Shown here: positions 9,730 through 19,962 of the stretch, in pieces
How positions within the stretch are numbered: the first letter of the stretch is position 1
Layout: each line of letters starts with the position of its first letter
Source of the DNA: an uncultured Gammaproteobacteria bacterium
GTDB lineage: Bacteria > Pseudomonadota > Gammaproteobacteria > UBA9214
Reading direction: 5' to 3'
DNA: 64,000 nt
NCBI GenBank assembly: GCA_963827755.1
Contig: CAWHCQ010000012.1
Coordinates: forward strand, 32,001 to 96,000
Notes under the pieces: model-generated
The model's database searches: none
What the model saw: the letters and a program-made list of their open reading frames with translations, nothing else
What the model was told of the DNA's origin: nothing
Translations under genes and position numbers: made by a program

Positions 9730-10863
9730 ATGATCCTGATTTTACACGCCGACACTGACAAGGACGGGGCTGAATATCGACAGTTGATGGAATTCCTGTC
9801 AAATATGGACAATATCCAGTCACGCGTGCACGACGAAAAAGGCACCCAGCAAATACTGACCGAAATTTACCTGGTGGGCGATACGGCTTCACTGATACTC
9901 GATGATATGGCGAGCCTGCCCTGCGTTGACCGGGTGGTGCGTGTTTCAGAGGAATACCGGGTGCTCGGACGCCACCACGATGATGTGCGCCCCACGCATT
10001 TTGAATACAACGGCATCCGCTTTGGTCAGGACAATCTGAATGTTTTTGCCGGTCTGTGCGCGGTAGATAATCCCGAGCATGTCGAGCAAATGATGAAGGC
10101 GCTGAAGGAACACGGTCAGCAGTGCACACGCATGGGTGCCTACAAACCACGCACCAACCCCTACTCGTTCCAGGGACATGGAAAAAGCTGCCTGCCCTAT
10201 GTTTTCGAACTGGCCGGGAAATACGACATCAAGGTCATTGCCATGGAGGTCACCCACGACTCGCATGTCGCCGAGATTCATGAAGCCCTGGAACTGACCG
10301 GCAACCCCACCGGTGTCATGCTGCAGATAGGCACACGCAATACACAGAACTTCGAATTGTTGAAGTCGATCGGGCGTGACCCGGACTTCCCGGTGCTGTT
10401 GAAACGCGGCTTCGGCATCACCCTGGAAGAATCGCTCAATGCAGCTGAATACCTCGCCAGCGAAGGCAACCGGCGCGTGGTCTTCGGCCTGCGTGGCATG
10501 AAGACCAACATGGGTGACCCGCATCGCAACTTTATCGATTTTGCCCATGTCCCGGTCGTCAAACGTCTGACGCGCATGCCTGTCTGTATTGATCCATCAC
10601 ACTCGGTTGGCACCCGTGACAGCACACCGGAAGGTATCCTCGATGTCTTTCATGTCACTGCACAGGGCGTGATTGCAGGCGCCAACATGGTACTCGTCGA
10701 TTTCCACCCGGTGCCAAGCAAGGCCCTGGTGGATGGACCACAGGCCCTGCGGATGAATGAGCTGGGGTATTTTCTCGACGATATCAGGATAGCCCGGGAA
10801 GCCTATGAGAAACGACTGGCGCTATGCGAGGCCCATCGCGCCGCCACCGCCACTGCGGCCTGA
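9730..10863 (+). CDS. 3-deoxy-7-phosphoheptulonate (DAHP) synthase, class I-beta with N-terminal regulatory domain
   Basis: AGLCAVD, GAYKPRTNPYSFQG, QIGTRNTQNF, VLLKRG and DPSH motifs. Confidence 0.92.
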   Translation: MILILHADTDKDGAEYRQLMEFLSNMDNIQSRVHDEKGTQQILTEIYLVGDTASLILDDMASLPCVDRVVRVSEEYRVLGRHHDDVRPTHFEYNGIRFGQDNLNVFAGLCAVDNPEHVEQMMKALKEHGQQCTRMGAYKPRTNPYSFQGHGKSCLPYVFELAGKYDIKVIAMEVTHDSHVAEIHEALELTGNPTGVMLQIGTRNTQNFELLKSIGRDPDFPVLLKRGFGITLEESLNAAEYLASEGNRRVVFGLRGMKTNMGDPHRNFIDFAHVPVVKRLTRMPVCIDPSHSVGTRDSTPEGILDVFHVTAQGVIAGANMVLVDFHPVPSKALVDGPQALRMNELGYFLDDIRIAREAYEKRLALCEAHRAATATAA

Positions 10864-10939
10864 TGCGGGGCCCGGCTGTTTTCTGTATGCGCGGATAGAC
10901 TATAGTTGACAAGGTCAACATAAAGTCAGGGGCCGGGAA

Positions 10940-11458
10940 ATGCAGCTACAAAAGATCACTTTCAGCATGGTTATTTTACTGCTCGGCTCCTCCCTGCTGG
11001 CAGAAGAAAAAGTATCGAGGGTGGTTGAGACCCCCTACTCTGAACAAAAAGTCGTCTATGACTTTTATCTGGACAACCCGCAGAAAATCAATGCCGCCCT
11101 CTACTGGGTTCGCTCCCTGATGAATCCCTTGATGGAGGAGCCCTATGGGTTGGCACCTGAATTCCTGGATATCAAGGTCGTAATCCACGGCACGGAAATC
11201 GTGACGGTTGCCCGCAAGAACTATTCGAAATACCGGGACGCCGTGGAACGTATGCGCTATTACGCCAGCCTGGGCGTGGAATTCAAGGTCTGCGGGCTGG
11301 CAGCTGAAGATTATGACTACGGCAACAGTGACTTTTATGAATTCATAGAAGTGGTCCCTTCGGCGATCACCGAACTTGCCCACTGGCAATTGCAGGGCCA
11401 CGCGCTGATCACGCCCGTTGTTATGGAGAAAAAGTTTTCAATCGAAGAAATCCGCTAG
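10940..11458 (+). CDS. exported DsrE-family protein
   Basis: Signal peptide, KVVYD, IKVVIHG, GVEFKVC and VVPSAITELA motifs. Confidence 0.8.
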   Translation: MQLQKITFSMVILLLGSSLLAEEKVSRVVETPYSEQKVVYDFYLDNPQKINAALYWVRSLMNPLMEEPYGLAPEFLDIKVVIHGTEIVTVARKNYSKYRDAVERMRYYASLGVEFKVCGLAAEDYDYGNSDFYEFIEVVPSAITELAHWQLQGHALITPVVMEKKFSIEEIR

Positions 11459-11490
11459 CAAGGCCTGATCACCAGGCCCCTAAATTAATT

Positions 11491-11577
11491 GTAGGAGCCA
11501 GCGCCAGCTGGCGAAGCGCGAGCTGGCGAAGCCCAGCTGGCGAAGCAGCTTGTTCGCGAGCTATCGCTCGCTCCTAC
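11491..11577. repeat. GTAG-family REP-like inverted pair with internal tandem repeats
   Basis: GTAGGAGC...GCGAA and TTCGC...GCTCCTAC arms, with AGCTGGCGAAGC present three times (11506, 11521, 11535). Confidence 0.75.
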
Positions 11578-13871
11578 GGTCGGGGCACAGCCTGTTTATC
11601 AACCTTCATCAACAATGGCGGAAGAAACAGAAAGTCCGCTACAAGGGCAAAACCGATGGTGATGGCAGTCAGCAAGCCCATGTCGGCATTCAGTTTAAAG
11701 GCCGACTGGGTCAAAACCATGAAACCGGCGATAAGGACAAACGATGTCACCCACAGCGCCATGCCCACCGTTGAAAAGGCATAGCGCACCGCATCGGCGG
11801 AATCCAGCCCCTGCTCACGCCTTGCGCGCAGGTACTTGCTCAGAAAATGCACCGTATCATCCACCACGATACCCAGGGTCATGCCCGTCACCACCGAAAG
11901 CGCCAGCCCGACCTCACCCACCAGCAGGCCCCACAGTCCAAAGCCCATCGCCGCAGGTACCAGGTTCGGAACCAGGCTTACCAGGCCGATTTTGACAGAG
12001 CGCAGGGCAATGATCAGTACCAGGGAAATCAACACCAGGGCAATCGTCGTACCCTTTAACATGCTGCGGATATTGCGATAACCGATATGCGCGAACATGA
12101 CGGACGGACTGGCCCCGTCCGTCTTCATATGGGGTGCATTCTCCGCCAGCCATGCCTGTGCTTTTTGATTAAGCGCCAGTAACTCGTTCGTGGAAATACT
12201 CTCCAGGGAGACCGTCATCCGGGTGGCCGTCTTGCCGATATCGATCTGGTTATTCAGGTCCAGCCCGTAGGGCAAGGACATTTCATAAAGCAGGAGGTAC
12301 TGTGCCGACAGATCACGTTGATCGGGTAGCCGATGCCATTGCGGGTCATCGCCATGCATATTCCTGTTCAGGCGCTTCATGATATCGGTCAGTGTATTGA
12401 CGTGCAGCACACCGGGCTGCTGCAAATACCAGTCCGCAAAACGCGCAACATCGCTGAGAAAGTCCGGATCGCTGATGCCACCGCTCTCACCCGTACCGAG
12501 TGAATAGTCAATTGTATAGATGCCGGTCAGGTTGCTCGTTGCAAACTCGGTTGCATTCCTGAAGTCAATTGACTTGTCAAAGTATTTGACAAACTCATCG
12601 TTTAACTCATTGCGCGGAATAAAGGTCACCAGCACAATAACGATTAACCCCATCCCCCAGAACAGAAAATTACGGCGCTTTATAACGAACTCTGCAAGGC
12701 GATCCATTGCCCTTGCACGCCGCGTTTCACCGACCTTTACCCGGACAGGCAGGCAGAGCATCAGCGCAGGCAGGAAGCCAACGGACAGTACAAAAGCAAT
12801 GCCCACGCCCATGGCGACGATATTGCCAAGGTCACGGAACGGCGGCGCCTCGCTGAAGTTCATACTCATGAAGCCGATCGCCGTTGTCAGTGTTGTCAGG
12901 AAAACCGGCTGAAGGTTTATTCGCAGGCTGTCAATAATGGCAGCGGTCTTCTCCAGTCCCCTGCGCATGTCGTGCAAAAAACTGATAAGGACATGCACGC
13001 AATCGGCCACTGCAAGGGTCAGGATAATAGTGGGGGCAGAGGCAGACGGTGGTGTCAGCGGAATCCCCAGCCACCCGGCCAGGCCCATGGCAGCCACGAT
13101 GGAGAAAATAATCACCAGAAACGTGGCAATCGTTGCCGTAAACGAATGCAGCAGCAGCAGAAGTGTCAGGACAACGACCGCAAACATCATCGGTATCAGG
13201 GTTTGCTGGTCATGAATACTCACCTCGGGGAAGGAATTATTCATGATCACCATGCCCGTCAGGTAAACATCCAGGTCAGGATTATCAGCCTTTACCTGCT
13301 TGACAAGGTCGCGTGCGAAGGCGGTCACTTCGGGTACTTCCTTGCCGGTTCCGTCATCGGGCAGCTGGATGGTTACATTGACACCGGTGACCTGGCCATT
13401 ACCCGAAATCAGGCGATGAACAAGCAGGGGCTCGTTAATGGCAATATCACGGATGGACTGATAACCGGCTGCATCGATACTGGCGCCATCCGGCACAAGA
13501 TCATCGACAATCAGGTCGTCTTCTTCGGCACGGGTGTGCTGATAATTGGTTATCGAGTCGACACGGATAGAATAAGGCATCTGCCAGGAGGCATTTGTCA
13601 GCCAGGCGACGCTTGCAAGGGTATCAGCCGTGAAAACATTGCCGTCTTTTGGCGCAAGCACGAACAGTACATTGTCTGTTTTCGTGTAGGTATTCTGCAG
13701 CTGCTCAAATGCCTGCATCTGGGGATTGTCTTCGCTGAAGAAGACACGGTAATCGGTTTTGAACTGAAGAAACCTGACGCCACTGCCGGCCAGGACAACC
13801 AGCAGAAAAGACATTATCAGAATAGGAAATTTCCAGCGAACCAGCCACTCTCCATATGTTTTACCCATCAA
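11574..13871 (-). CDS. RND superfamily MMPL-type transporter
   Basis: 765 aa with two halves of TM bundles. Motifs include LAVADCVH, LTTLTTAIGF and GIVVDDTVHFL. Confidence 0.9.
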   Translation of the reverse strand: MMGKTYGEWLVRWKFPILIMSFLLVVLAGSGVRFLQFKTDYRVFFSEDNPQMQAFEQLQNTYTKTDNVLFVLAPKDGNVFTADTLASVAWLTNASWQMPYSIRVDSITNYQHTRAEEDDLIVDDLVPDGASIDAAGYQSIRDIAINEPLLVHRLISGNGQVTGVNVTIQLPDDGTGKEVPEVTAFARDLVKQVKADNPDLDVYLTGMVIMNNSFPEVSIHDQQTLIPMMFAVVVLTLLLLLHSFTATIATFLVIIFSIVAAMGLAGWLGIPLTPPSASAPTIILTLAVADCVHVLISFLHDMRRGLEKTAAIIDSLRINLQPVFLTTLTTAIGFMSMNFSEAPPFRDLGNIVAMGVGIAFVLSVGFLPALMLCLPVRVKVGETRRARAMDRLAEFVIKRRNFLFWGMGLIVIVLVTFIPRNELNDEFVKYFDKSIDFRNATEFATSNLTGIYTIDYSLGTGESGGISDPDFLSDVARFADWYLQQPGVLHVNTLTDIMKRLNRNMHGDDPQWHRLPDQRDLSAQYLLLYEMSLPYGLDLNNQIDIGKTATRMTVSLESISTNELLALNQKAQAWLAENAPHMKTDGASPSVMFAHIGYRNIRSMLKGTTIALVLISLVLIIALRSVKIGLVSLVPNLVPAAMGFGLWGLLVGEVGLALSVVTGMTLGIVVDDTVHFLSKYLRARREQGLDSADAVRYAFSTVGMALWVTSFVLIAGFMVLTQSAFKLNADMGLLTAITIGFALVADFLFLPPLLMKVDKQAVPRP

Positions 13872-14072
13872 CTTTCCCTATTATGATCAGGCCGTTTCAT
13901 TCACTCTCGTGATGATAGCCGAAACCGGCAAATCGTTATTGATTAACCTGCCGGATATGCGCACTGGCTTCTTTTTCAATAGCTTGTAATATACAGACTC
14001 CATGGGGTGAATTCCAACCCCGAGTGAGACATAAGCAGTTCTTTGTTAACAAATAATCGGAGAATTCCTACC

Positions 14073-14276
14073 ATGAGCGCTATCAGAATGTTATTCCTTT
14101 TTATGGCCGCCTTTATTTCCCTGGGAATATGGCTCACCGGCTTCACCAACGTGCACTGGCTTCTGTATATCCCGCCTGCAGCGCTGCTCTTCGCGGGTCT
14201 TACCGGCATTTGCCCGGGATACATGATCTTCAAGAAACTTGGTTTTAAAGGCCAGGAATCAGGCAACCCGCTCTGA
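14073..14276 (+). CDS. small membrane protein (DUF2892-like)
   Basis: GGAGA RBS, two TM helices and a GLTGICP motif. Confidence 0.75.
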   Translation: MSAIRMLFLFMAAFISLGIWLTGFTNVHWLLYIPPAALLFAGLTGICPGYMIFKKLGFKGQESGNPL

Positions 14277-14351
14277 CGCAGGGATAACCGATTACCTGCT
14301 GAAATATATCGTCCCGTGCAATCCAGCACGGGACATTTCTCTATCACGCGC

Positions 14352-17300
14352 ATGTCACAATCTGCCGGTACCAGCACAACAGACCACGCAAACCACAGCG
14401 CCCTGATGCCCGCTTTGCCGGGCAAGGGTGAGACGCTGGTCTGGACAGGCCTGTCGGGCGACAGCCTGCCGCTGGCCATTGCCAATGCAGTGCAAACGCT
14501 GGAAGGCCTGCTGGTCATCATTACCCCCGACATGCAGTCTGCCGAGCTGCTGCAAGAGCAGTATGCTTTTTTCAGCCGCGATGCTGACAAGCCCGCCATT
14601 ATTTTTCCGGACTGGGAAACCCTGCCCTACGATAATTTTTCACCGCACCAGGACATCATTTCCCAGCGGCTTGCTTCCCTGTACCGGCTGCCTGAACTGC
14701 GTCGCGGATTGCTGATCGTGTCCGCCCCGACTGTCATGCAACGGCTGCCCCCGCCTGACTATATTTTCGATAACAGCCTGCTGCTGAAGACCGGTGACCA
14801 GCTGGAACCCGCGGAAATGCGGGTACGCCTGGAGAGTGCAGGCTATCGCTGCGTGTCCCAGGTAATGGAGCACGGGGAGTTCGCCGTGCGCGGTTCCCTG
14901 CTCGACCTGTTCCCCATGGGCAGTGAGCAGCCGTTTCGAATTGATTTTTTTGACCGGGAAATCGAGTCAATCAGGACATTTGACCCGGAAACCCAGCGCA
15001 CCATCGAAAGCCGCGACGGAATAAAGATGTTGCCCGCACGTGAATTCCCGATGGACGAGGCTGCTATCCGTGCTTTCCGTCAGCGTTACCGTGCCCGCTT
15101 CGAAGGTGATCCGCAGGCCTGCAATATCTACCGTGAGGTGAGCCAGGGGACTGCCTCGGCCGGCATCGAGTACTACCTGCCCCTGTTCTTTGAAAAGACC
15201 AGTACCCTGTTCGAGTATCTCCCGGATTCCAGTTGTATCGTGAAACTGGATGCGACCGACAGGGCCTGTGAGAACTTTTACATCCAGTTGCTGGAGCGCT
15301 ATGAATTCAGACGTCATGACCTGCAAAGACCGGTATTGCCGCCAGACCAGCTGTTCCTCGAAATGGAACAACTGCAACAACAGCTGAGCGGGTATCCCCT
15401 GGTCAACATCAGCCTGTTCAGGGAGGTGCAAAAAGGCAAGGGAACGGTTGATCACCATGCAAAACTTCCCGGCAATCTTCGAATCAGGGCGCGGAGTGAG
15501 CAGCCGGCAAGCGCCTTGCAGGATTTCCTTGAGAACACACCCTGCCGCACCCTGCTGACGGCGGAATCCACGGGTCGGCGGGAAACCCTGCTCGACCAGC
15601 TGCGGGGTTTCGGCATACACCCGCAACAGGTCGACAGCTGGCAGGCCTTCCTTGATTCGGAAAACCCGCTGTCGATCACCGTTGCACCGCTCGAGCAGGG
15701 GCTGGTGCTGGCGTCCCCCGCCCTTGCAATCATTCCGGAAACGGCCATTTTCGGAGACCGTGCGCGACAGGCACGCAGACGAAAACCGGCACGTGACCCG
15801 GCCAGCATCATCAGGAACCTTACTGACCTGGAAATCGCTGCACCCGTCGTCCATGAGGAGCACGGTGTAGGCCGCTATCTGGGTCTTGAAAGGCTCGAGG
15901 TGGGTGATATAGAAAATGAATATCTCGCCCTCGAGTATGCGGGTGGCGACAAACTCTATGTCCCGGTCGCTTCACTTGCGCTGATCAGCCGTTATACCGG
16001 CGCCACTCCGGAATCAGCGCCGCTGCACAAACTCGGCAGCGACCAGTGGGACCGTGCCCGCCGCAAGGCTGCAAAGCGTATCCATGATGTTGCCGCTGAA
16101 TTACTTGATATTTACGCCCGGCGGGCCGCCCGCAAGGGTCACGCCTACGCCATTCCCGGCAGCGAATATGCGGCGTTTGCTTCCAGTTTCCCCTTTGAGG
16201 AAACCCCGCACCAGGAAGAAACCATCAGCAAGGTCCTTGCGGACATGCAATCAACGATGCCCATGGATCGCCTGGTCTGCGGAGATGTCGGTTTCGGCAA
16301 GACAGAAGTTGCAATGCGCGCGGCATTCCTCGCCGTCCAGGATGGCAAACAGGTCGCCATACTGGTACCAACCACGCTGCTGGCGCAACAGCACTTCCAG
16401 AATTTCTCCGACCGCTTCTCTGACTGGCCGGTACGCATCGAATTGCTGTCACGTTTTCGTTCGGGAAAAGAGCAGAACAGCGCTCTTCAAGGACTTGAGG
16501 CCGGTACGGTCGATATAGTGGTTGGTACACACAAGCTGCTACAACCCGCTATAAAGTACAAACGGCTCGGGCTGCTGATAATTGATGAAGAACACCGCTT
16601 CGGTGTTCGCCAGAAAGAACTGATCAAGAACCTGCGTTCCGAAATCGACATTCTTACCCTGACGGCAACACCGATACCACGCACCCTCAATATGTCACTC
16701 TCGGGCATGCGCGATCTCTCCATAATATCGACACCCCCTGAAAACCGGCTCGCCGTCAAAACCTTCGTTTGCGAATGGGACAGCGCAATTATCCGCGAGG
16801 CCTGCCTGCGCGAAATCAGGCGTGGCGGACAGGTGTACTTCCTGCATAACCAGGTCGAGTCAATTGAACGCATGGCAGAGGAACTGGGTAAAATAATTCC
16901 CGAGGCCAGCATCGAGATCGCGCATGGCCAGATGCGCGAACAGGCACTTGAGCAGGTGATGCTGGATTTTTACCACCGGCGCTTCAACATACTGTTGTGC
17001 AGCACAATTATCGAGAGCGGCATCGATGTCTCCAGCGCCAACACGATTATCATGAACCGCGCTGACAAGCTTGGTCTTGCCCAGTTACACCAGTTACGCG
17101 GGCGCGTCGGACGGTCACATCATCGCGCCTATGCCTACCTGATTATTCCGCCGCGCAGCACCATGACGGCAGATGCCGAGAAACGGCTGGCAGCGGTTGA
17201 GTCCATGGAAGAACTCGGTGCCGGCTTTACCCTGGCAACACACGACCTTGAAATCCGCGGTGCCGGTGAACTGCTCGGTGCCGACCAGAGCGGGCAGATC

Positions 17301-17864
17301 CATGAAATCGGCTACACGCTCTATACCGACCTGCTTGAACGGGCGGTCCGGGCGCTCAAGGAAGGACGCACCCCGAAGCTGGACCAGCCGTTGCACCAGG
17401 GGCCGGAGATAGACCTGCTGACAGCAGCATTGCTGCCTGATGACTATATCGCAGACGTACATACGCGGCTGGTCATTTACAAGCGCATCGCCGGCATGGA
17501 GACAAACGAGGACCTGAGAGAATTGCAGGTGGAACTGATCGACCGCTTCGGCCTGCTGCCGCAAGCTGCAAAAAACCTGTTCAGAATATCGGAGCTGAAA
17601 CTGGTCGCGGCGCCCATGGGTATCAGGAAAATCGAGGTCGGCAGCACGGAAGGCCGCATCCTGTTCGGGCGCGAACCGGATATCGACACTGAAAAGCTGG
17701 TAGAACTGATTCAGACCAGGCCGGACAGGTTTCGCTTCGAAGGCGGCAACAAGCTGAGATTGTACGGAGAATTTCCCGCGGAAGAGGAGCGTTTCAATAT
17801 AATTTCAGATATGCTTGCCCTGCTTTCAGGGCAGGAAACCCGACTCAATAACCAGGCACCATGA
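14352..17864 (+). CDS. mfd: transcription-repair coupling factor
   Basis: PDWETLPYD.FSPHQDIISQR, GDVGFGKT, DEEHRFGV, TATPIPRTL and QLRGRVGRS. The start codon is uncertain (14316-14406). Confidence 0.97.
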   Translation: MSQSAGTSTTDHANHSALMPALPGKGETLVWTGLSGDSLPLAIANAVQTLEGLLVIITPDMQSAELLQEQYAFFSRDADKPAIIFPDWETLPYDNFSPHQDIISQRLASLYRLPELRRGLLIVSAPTVMQRLPPPDYIFDNSLLLKTGDQLEPAEMRVRLESAGYRCVSQVMEHGEFAVRGSLLDLFPMGSEQPFRIDFFDREIESIRTFDPETQRTIESRDGIKMLPAREFPMDEAAIRAFRQRYRARFEGDPQACNIYREVSQGTASAGIEYYLPLFFEKTSTLFEYLPDSSCIVKLDATDRACENFYIQLLERYEFRRHDLQRPVLPPDQLFLEMEQLQQQLSGYPLVNISLFREVQKGKGTVDHHAKLPGNLRIRARSEQPASALQDFLENTPCRTLLTAESTGRRETLLDQLRGFGIHPQQVDSWQAFLDSENPLSITVAPLEQGLVLASPALAIIPETAIFGDRARQARRRKPARDPASIIRNLTDLEIAAPVVHEEHGVGRYLGLERLEVGDIENEYLALEYAGGDKLYVPVASLALISRYTGATPESAPLHKLGSDQWDRARRKAAKRIHDVAAELLDIYARRAARKGHAYAIPGSEYAAFASSFPFEETPHQEETISKVLADMQSTMPMDRLVCGDVGFGKTEVAMRAAFLAVQDGKQVAILVPTTLLAQQHFQNFSDRFSDWPVRIELLSRFRSGKEQNSALQGLEAGTVDIVVGTHKLLQPAIKYKRLGLLIIDEEHRFGVRQKELIKNLRSEIDILTLTATPIPRTLNMSLSGMRDLSIISTPPENRLAVKTFVCEWDSAIIREACLREIRRGGQVYFLHNQVESIERMAEELGKIIPEASIEIAHGQMREQALEQVMLDFYHRRFNILLCSTIIESGIDVSSANTIIMNRADKLGLAQLHQLRGRVGRSHHRAYAYLIIPPRSTMTADAEKRLAAVESMEELGAGFTLATHDLEIRGAGELLGADQSGQIHEIGYTLYTDLLERAVRALKEGRTPKLDQPLHQGPEIDLLTAALLPDDYIADVHTRLVIYKRIAGMETNEDLRELQVELIDRFGLLPQAAKNLFRISELKLVAAPMGIRKIEVGSTEGRILFGREPDIDTEKLVELIQTRPDRFRFEGGNKLRLYGEFPAEEERFNIISDMLALLSGQETRLNNQAP

Positions 17865-18586
17865 CCATGCATCAATTTTCCACCAGACCCGTCAGAGGCG
17901 CTCGCTTGATCGCTGCCTGTATCCCGCTGATCATTTTCTGGGCTCAGGCAGCACAGGCTGCAATGCCCCCCGTCTACGATGTAGAACTTGTCGTTTTTAC
18001 CAATGAATCTTCAAGTGATGACGGCGAGAACTGGAACAACCCCGATCCTGGTGCAATCAGGCCTACAGGCTTTTTCCCGGAAGATCAGTTTACCGAACTG
18101 GCCAGCGCCTACTACTCGTTAAACAATATAAGCCGGGCACTTGAGCGTTCCGGAAGACATACCGTGTTGTTCCACAGGGCCTGGCGGCAGCTCGCATACG
18201 ACAAGGCAAATGCCGTCGCCTACCCGGTCCATTCCATTGCGGAAAACAGGCGCGACAGCATCGAGGGTGTCATCAAGCTTGTGCGTGAACGCTTTCTGCA
18301 TCTTGATGTGAATTTGCAGCTGATGTCGGCAATCGATGGTACCGAGGTCATGTTCTCGGATGCCCCGAACAGCAGACCGGCCTTTGAACTCATTGAAAGC
18401 CGGCGCATCAACAGCAACGTCCTGCACTATTTTGACCACCCCCGCTTCGGTCTGATCGCCAAAGTGACGCCTTTCATCAGCAAAAACGCAGGCACTCCTG
18501 CAGAGGAAGACGCGCTAGAGACGCCGCCCGACGCTGAAATGGAGATCGACCAGCCAAATCCTGCCGACGACCAGTTGACCCGCTAG
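17861..18586 (+). CDS. CsiV-family peptidoglycan-binding protein
   Basis: Signal peptide, YDVELVVF, H.AWRQ, RFLHL and HYFDHPRFG. Located immediately downstream of mfd. Confidence 0.8.
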   Translation: MTMHQFSTRPVRGARLIAACIPLIIFWAQAAQAAMPPVYDVELVVFTNESSSDDGENWNNPDPGAIRPTGFFPEDQFTELASAYYSLNNISRALERSGRHTVLFHRAWRQLAYDKANAVAYPVHSIAENRRDSIEGVIKLVRERFLHLDVNLQLMSAIDGTEVMFSDAPNSRPAFELIESRRINSNVLHYFDHPRFGLIAKVTPFISKNAGTPAEEDALETPPDAEMEIDQPNPADDQLTR

Positions 18587-19365
18587 CGGCCTGCCGAAAG
18601 CTCCCGGGCAAGCTCGCCGGCCCCGGGGCTGGACCGGACAAGCTGCTCCAGGAGAGTCCTGACCTGCGCCAGGCCCGTGGTAATGTACCGGTCGATCATT
18701 TCCATCGTTATGGGTTCTTCGCCGCGACCTGCCGCCCGGTTGGCGGAAACAGCACAGGCGGCATAACAAAGACCCAGCTCGCGTGCGAGGGCCGCCTCCG
18801 GCATGCCGGTCATGCCGACCACATCGCAACCATCCCGGTCCATGCGATCGATCTCCGCGGCCGTCTCCAGTCGCGGGCCCTGGGTGGCCCCGTAGGTTCC
18901 GGACTCGAAAAGCGTGACACCCGCTTCCCTCGCCGCGGCAAGCAACGCCATGCGCATTTCCCGGCAATAGGGTTCGGTAAAGTCTATGTGGGTCACACTC
19001 TCCAGGTCATCTTCAAAAAACGTGTGATGACGTGACCAGGTGTAATCGATGATCTGATCGGGAATAACCAGTGCTCCCGGGACGATGTCCTCATGGATCG
19101 CACCGACGGCACATATGGAGATGACCTTGCTGACACCCTTGTTTTTGAGACACCACAGGTTTGCCCGGTAGTTGACCATGTGCGGCGGTATGGTATGCCC
19201 GTAACCGTGCCGCGGCAGAAACACGACATCCTTGCCATACAGGGTGCCGCAGGAAATTTCCCCGGAAGGTTCCCCGTAGGGTGTATGCATGACTTCGCGC
19301 CGCTTGATCTCGAGACCTGCCAGGCGCGTCAGCCCGGTGCCGCCGATAATTGCAAGTTCGGTCAT
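18583..19365 (-). CDS. mtnP: S-methyl-5'-thioinosine/thioadenosine phosphorylase
   Basis: IIGGTG, TPYGEPS, RHG..H..PPH.VNYRAN, GPRLETAAE and GMTGMPEA motifs. Confidence 0.9.
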   Translation of the reverse strand: MTELAIIGGTGLTRLAGLEIKRREVMHTPYGEPSGEISCGTLYGKDVVFLPRHGYGHTIPPHMVNYRANLWCLKNKGVSKVISICAVGAIHEDIVPGALVIPDQIIDYTWSRHHTFFEDDLESVTHIDFTEPYCREMRMALLAAAREAGVTLFESGTYGATQGPRLETAAEIDRMDRDGCDVVGMTGMPEAALARELGLCYAACAVSANRAAGRGEEPITMEMIDRYITTGLAQVRTLLEQLVRSSPGAGELARELSAGR

Positions 19366-19401
19366 GAATTTTCCTGTCCCGGTTTGCGGTCGAATGACCG
19401 G

Positions 19402-19962
19402 CTAGTCAGCGGAATCGCCAAGGGCAAATATGCCATTCAGGTTACGCAGATAATTCCTGTAATCCATGCCGAAGCCGAAGACGTAGCGGTCCTCGACCTG
19501 CAGACCGATGAAATCGGCCGCTATCCCGGGTGCGCGCCGGTCATGCAGTTTCTCGATCAGCACCGCGGTGTACACGCGGCTCGCCCCGGCATCCCTGCAA
19601 AACTCGAGGACATGCGCCAGGGTATGACCTTCGTCGAGGATGTCATCGATGACCAGGACAGTCCTCCCCTGCAGCGAGGTCCCCGGCTTGCTCAACCAGT
19701 GCACCTCTTCACCCCGGGTCTCGCCACGGTAGCGGGTCGCGTGCAGGTAATCGGTCTCCAGCGGAAACGGCAGGCGGGTAATAATGTGCCCCGTCGGGAT
19801 TATCCCGCCGGTCAGCACGCACAGGACCACTGGAAAAGAATCGCCGAGTTCGGCTGTTATCTCCGCGGCCATGCGGTCGAGCGCACGATGCACGGACTCC
19901 GGCCCATGCAGGCAGAGCGCATTCTCGCTGATGGCCCTGACTTCATCCCGGGTGAGTGGCAT
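19402..19962 (-). CDS. hpt: hypoxanthine-guanine phosphoribosyltransferase
   Basis: PRPP motif VLVIDDILDEGHTL and YVFGFGMDY. Confidence 0.9.
   Translation of the reverse strand: MPLTRDEVRAISENALCLHGPESVHRALDRMAAEITAELGDSFPVVLCVLTGGIIPTGHIITRLPFPLETDYLHATRYRGETRGEEVHWLSKPGTSLQGRTVLVIDDILDEGHTLAHVLEFCRDAGASRVYTAVLIEKLHDRRAPGIAADFIGLQVEDRYVFGFGMDYRNYLRNLNGIFALGDSAD

Noticed and set aside
11491-11577. CRISPR array
   Set aside because: The repeats are 12 nt with 2-3 nt gaps, with no spacers and no cas genes.
12972-13886. Long antisense ORFs here and over mfd, hpt, sdhA, the ABC SBP and lon
   Set aside because: They lie fully opposite well-supported genes and show no recognisable motifs, as expected in GC-rich DNA.
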